Shown here one piece after another: positions 33,647 through 35,189 of a DNA stretch of 35,189 bases. The notes under the pieces are model-generated. The model did no database searches, was not told the DNA's origin, and was given only the letters and a program-made list of their open reading frames with translations. Origin of the DNA: an uncultured Lentimicrobiaceae bacterium. Lineage in GTDB: Bacteria; Bacteroidota; Bacteroidia; Bacteroidales; 4484-276. The stretch spans positions 1,678-36,866 of the forward strand of contig CAYNDN010000002.1 in the NCBI GenBank assembly GCA_964395075.1, given 5' to 3'. The translations under genes were made by a program, and so were the position numbers. The first letter of the stretch is position 1, and each line of letters starts with the position of its first letter.

Positions 33647-35189
33647 ATGAAAAAAGTATTTATATTCCTTGTGCTGGTTTTGCTCAACTCCACATCAAGA
33701 ACTTTTGCCCAAATGGGTGATCCACCTTCCGGTTTCACAGCTGATTTTGTTAAAGATGTTGGCGTGGAATGCTCCTGGGGCATGGCTTCACCTCCAACCT
33801 GGTTAGGGTACGATGATGGAGTGAATGCCGGCGGCCTTGGGGCAAATGGCGGAGGCTCATTTTATGTTGCCATTCGCTGGGATTCAGCAGACCTTATTCC
33901 ATATAACGGAAGCTCTTTGACGGCTTTTAAGTTTTTCCCGTTGATGTTTGCCGTTCCTTCCGAGATTACCTTTCATATCTGGGAAGGTAACATTTCTCCA
34001 CAGGTTGTTTATGAACAGGTGCTTCAGAATTTAAACTGGAACGAATGGAATACCATTTACCTGGATGAACCCTACATCATAACTGCTGAACAGGATTTGT
34101 ATGTGGGCTTTAAAGCTACGCATCCTGATGGAGAAGATCCAATCGGCTATGATGATGGCCCCGCCATTTCCGGTTATGGCGATTTAATTTCGTTTGATGG
34201 TACGAATTGGGTAAGCATGAGTGTTGAATTTGGTATGGATAATAATATTAACCTGCAAATATTAGTGGAGGAAGACCCGGATGTACAAGTTATAACAAAC
34301 CCCGGAAACTCGAAGTTAGAATTTCTTGGAATAAATATTTACCGGGATGGCAACCTGGTTAATGGCACCCTCATCGAACCGGGCGTTGAACATTATACTG
34401 ATCCTTTTTTCGATCCCGGAACCTGGACATACACAGCAAGGGCTGTTTACGATGAAGGCCTATCTGAGCCTACCCCGGGAGTTGAGGTAATCATCCCTTA
34501 TGGTCCGCAGATAGCAGTAGAACCCGATGAATTGAATGAAGTCCATAACGCTTTTCCACAAGTTTCGGCACGTGATCTCGTAATAACCAACACCGGTGAT
34601 GAACCGCTGGAATGGGAGATTGAAATTGAGCTGGAAACAAAGCAAACCCAAAAGCAACCCATGGATCCCGATGAATATGCAAAGCTGTTGGCTGAAAGGC
34701 GGGCACAGGAAGGCTTTCAGGCAAATGATGTGCAGCCCGGAGTAATTCCCGGCAATCCTCAAACCAACGGAAATCATTATAGCAAATACCAGCGTAAAAA
34801 CGGAAGCAAGGATATTGTTTTCGATAATGGCCCCTTTATTACTGCTGAAGGTGTTGGTTCAAATGGCTCAGATTACAGTGAATTACAGGATGCAACTTTG
34901 GGTATGGGAACCTATGGATTTGGCTGCCAGATTTCAGCGGGCAACTCCATTGCTGATGATTTTGAATTGACCGGCCCACACAGTATCCCGTATATCGTAT
35001 TTTATGCCTACCAAACAGGTTCCGGACCTCCATCAACCATAAACGATGTGCGAGTACAAATTTACGATGGAGATCCTTCCAACGGTGGAAATGTAATCCA
35101 CGGTGACCTAAGCACTAATGTTTTGTTATCAACAGAGTGGACCAACGTATGGCGGGTGTGGGAATCATATCCCCAGGAAAACCGGCCTA
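33647..35189 (+). CDS. Giant modular secreted protein 3, N-terminal 514 codons (open at the window end). Module order: SP-D-F-G-linker-A...
   Basis: It is not in the ORF track because it has no stop codon in the window. Manual translation from ATG 33647 gives MKKVFIFLVLVLLNSTSRTFAQMGDPPSGFTADFVKDVGVECSWGMASPPTWLGYDDG...INIYRDGNLVNG...ITNTGDEPLEWEIEIE...DPDEYAKLLAERRAQEG...NGNHYSKYQRKNGSKDIVFDNGPFITAEGVG...ENRP. It has no stop and is homologous to modules D, F, G and A of genes 1 and 2. Confidence 0.85.
   Translation, partial: MKKVFIFLVLVLLNSTSRTFAQMGDPPSGFTADFVKDVGVECSWGMASPPTWLGYDDGVNAGGLGANGGGSFYVAIRWDSADLIPYNGSSLTAFKFFPLMFAVPSEITFHIWEGNISPQVVYEQVLQNLNWNEWNTIYLDEPYIITAEQDLYVGFKATHPDGEDPIGYDDGPAISGYGDLISFDGTNWVSMSVEFGMDNNINLQILVEEDPDVQVITNPGNSKLEFLGINIYRDGNLVNGTLIEPGVEHYTDPFFDPGTWTYTARAVYDEGLSEPTPGVEVIIPYGPQIAVEPDELNEVHNAFPQVSARDLVITNTGDEPLEWEIEIELETKQTQKQPMDPDEYAKLLAERRAQEGFQANDVQPGVIPGNPQTNGNHYSKYQRKNGSKDIVFDNGPFITAEGVGSNGSDYSELQDATLGMGTYGFGCQISAGNSIADDFELTGPHSIPYIVFYAYQTGSGPPSTINDVRVQIYDGDPSNGGNVIHGDLSTNVLLSTEWTNVWRVWESYPQENRP
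34766..35189 (+). repeat. A module, partial copy in gene 3
   Basis: NGNHYSKYQ...DNGPFITAEGVGSNGSDYSELQDATLGMGTYGFGCQ...YQTGSGPPST...ENRP aligns with 17058.., 22554.. and 27026... Confidence 0.8.

Overview
This is a Bacteroidota-type chromosomal window. The evidence is type-A T9SS C-terminal sorting domains, candidate TTG-N17-20-TAnnTTT(G/A) promoters and no obvious Shine-Dalgarno sequences. Positions 1-16.2 kb are ordinary housekeeping DNA: an amt fragment plus a putative porin, a HisKA_3 histidine kinase with a NarL-type response regulator, yebC, dnaE with an N-terminal exonuclease fusion, Mn/Fe superoxide dismutase, rsmA, a TPR lipoprotein-like gene, serS, rplU-rpmA and an EamA transporter. 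Positions 16.2-35.2 kb, more than half the window, form an accessory-looking locus. It holds three co-oriented giant secreted paralogues (3018 aa, 2129 aa, and at least 514 aa cut by the window end). They are built from the same roughly 10 protein modules in different orders. Gene 1 contains kilobase-scale in-frame nucleotide repeats. The two intergenic regions inside the locus carry four copies of a 92-94 bp element bounded by perfect palindromic inverted repeats (AAACTGTCAGACAGTTT ... AAACTGTCTGACAGTT). They also carry four copies of a promoter-like cassette, two of them orphan, a degenerate small ORF with its own terminator, and other inverted repeats. I saw no rRNA, tRNA, CRISPR array, transposase or integrase. 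All domain names come from motif recognition by eye. Module borders are approximate (about +/-15 nt) and identity values are visual estimates.
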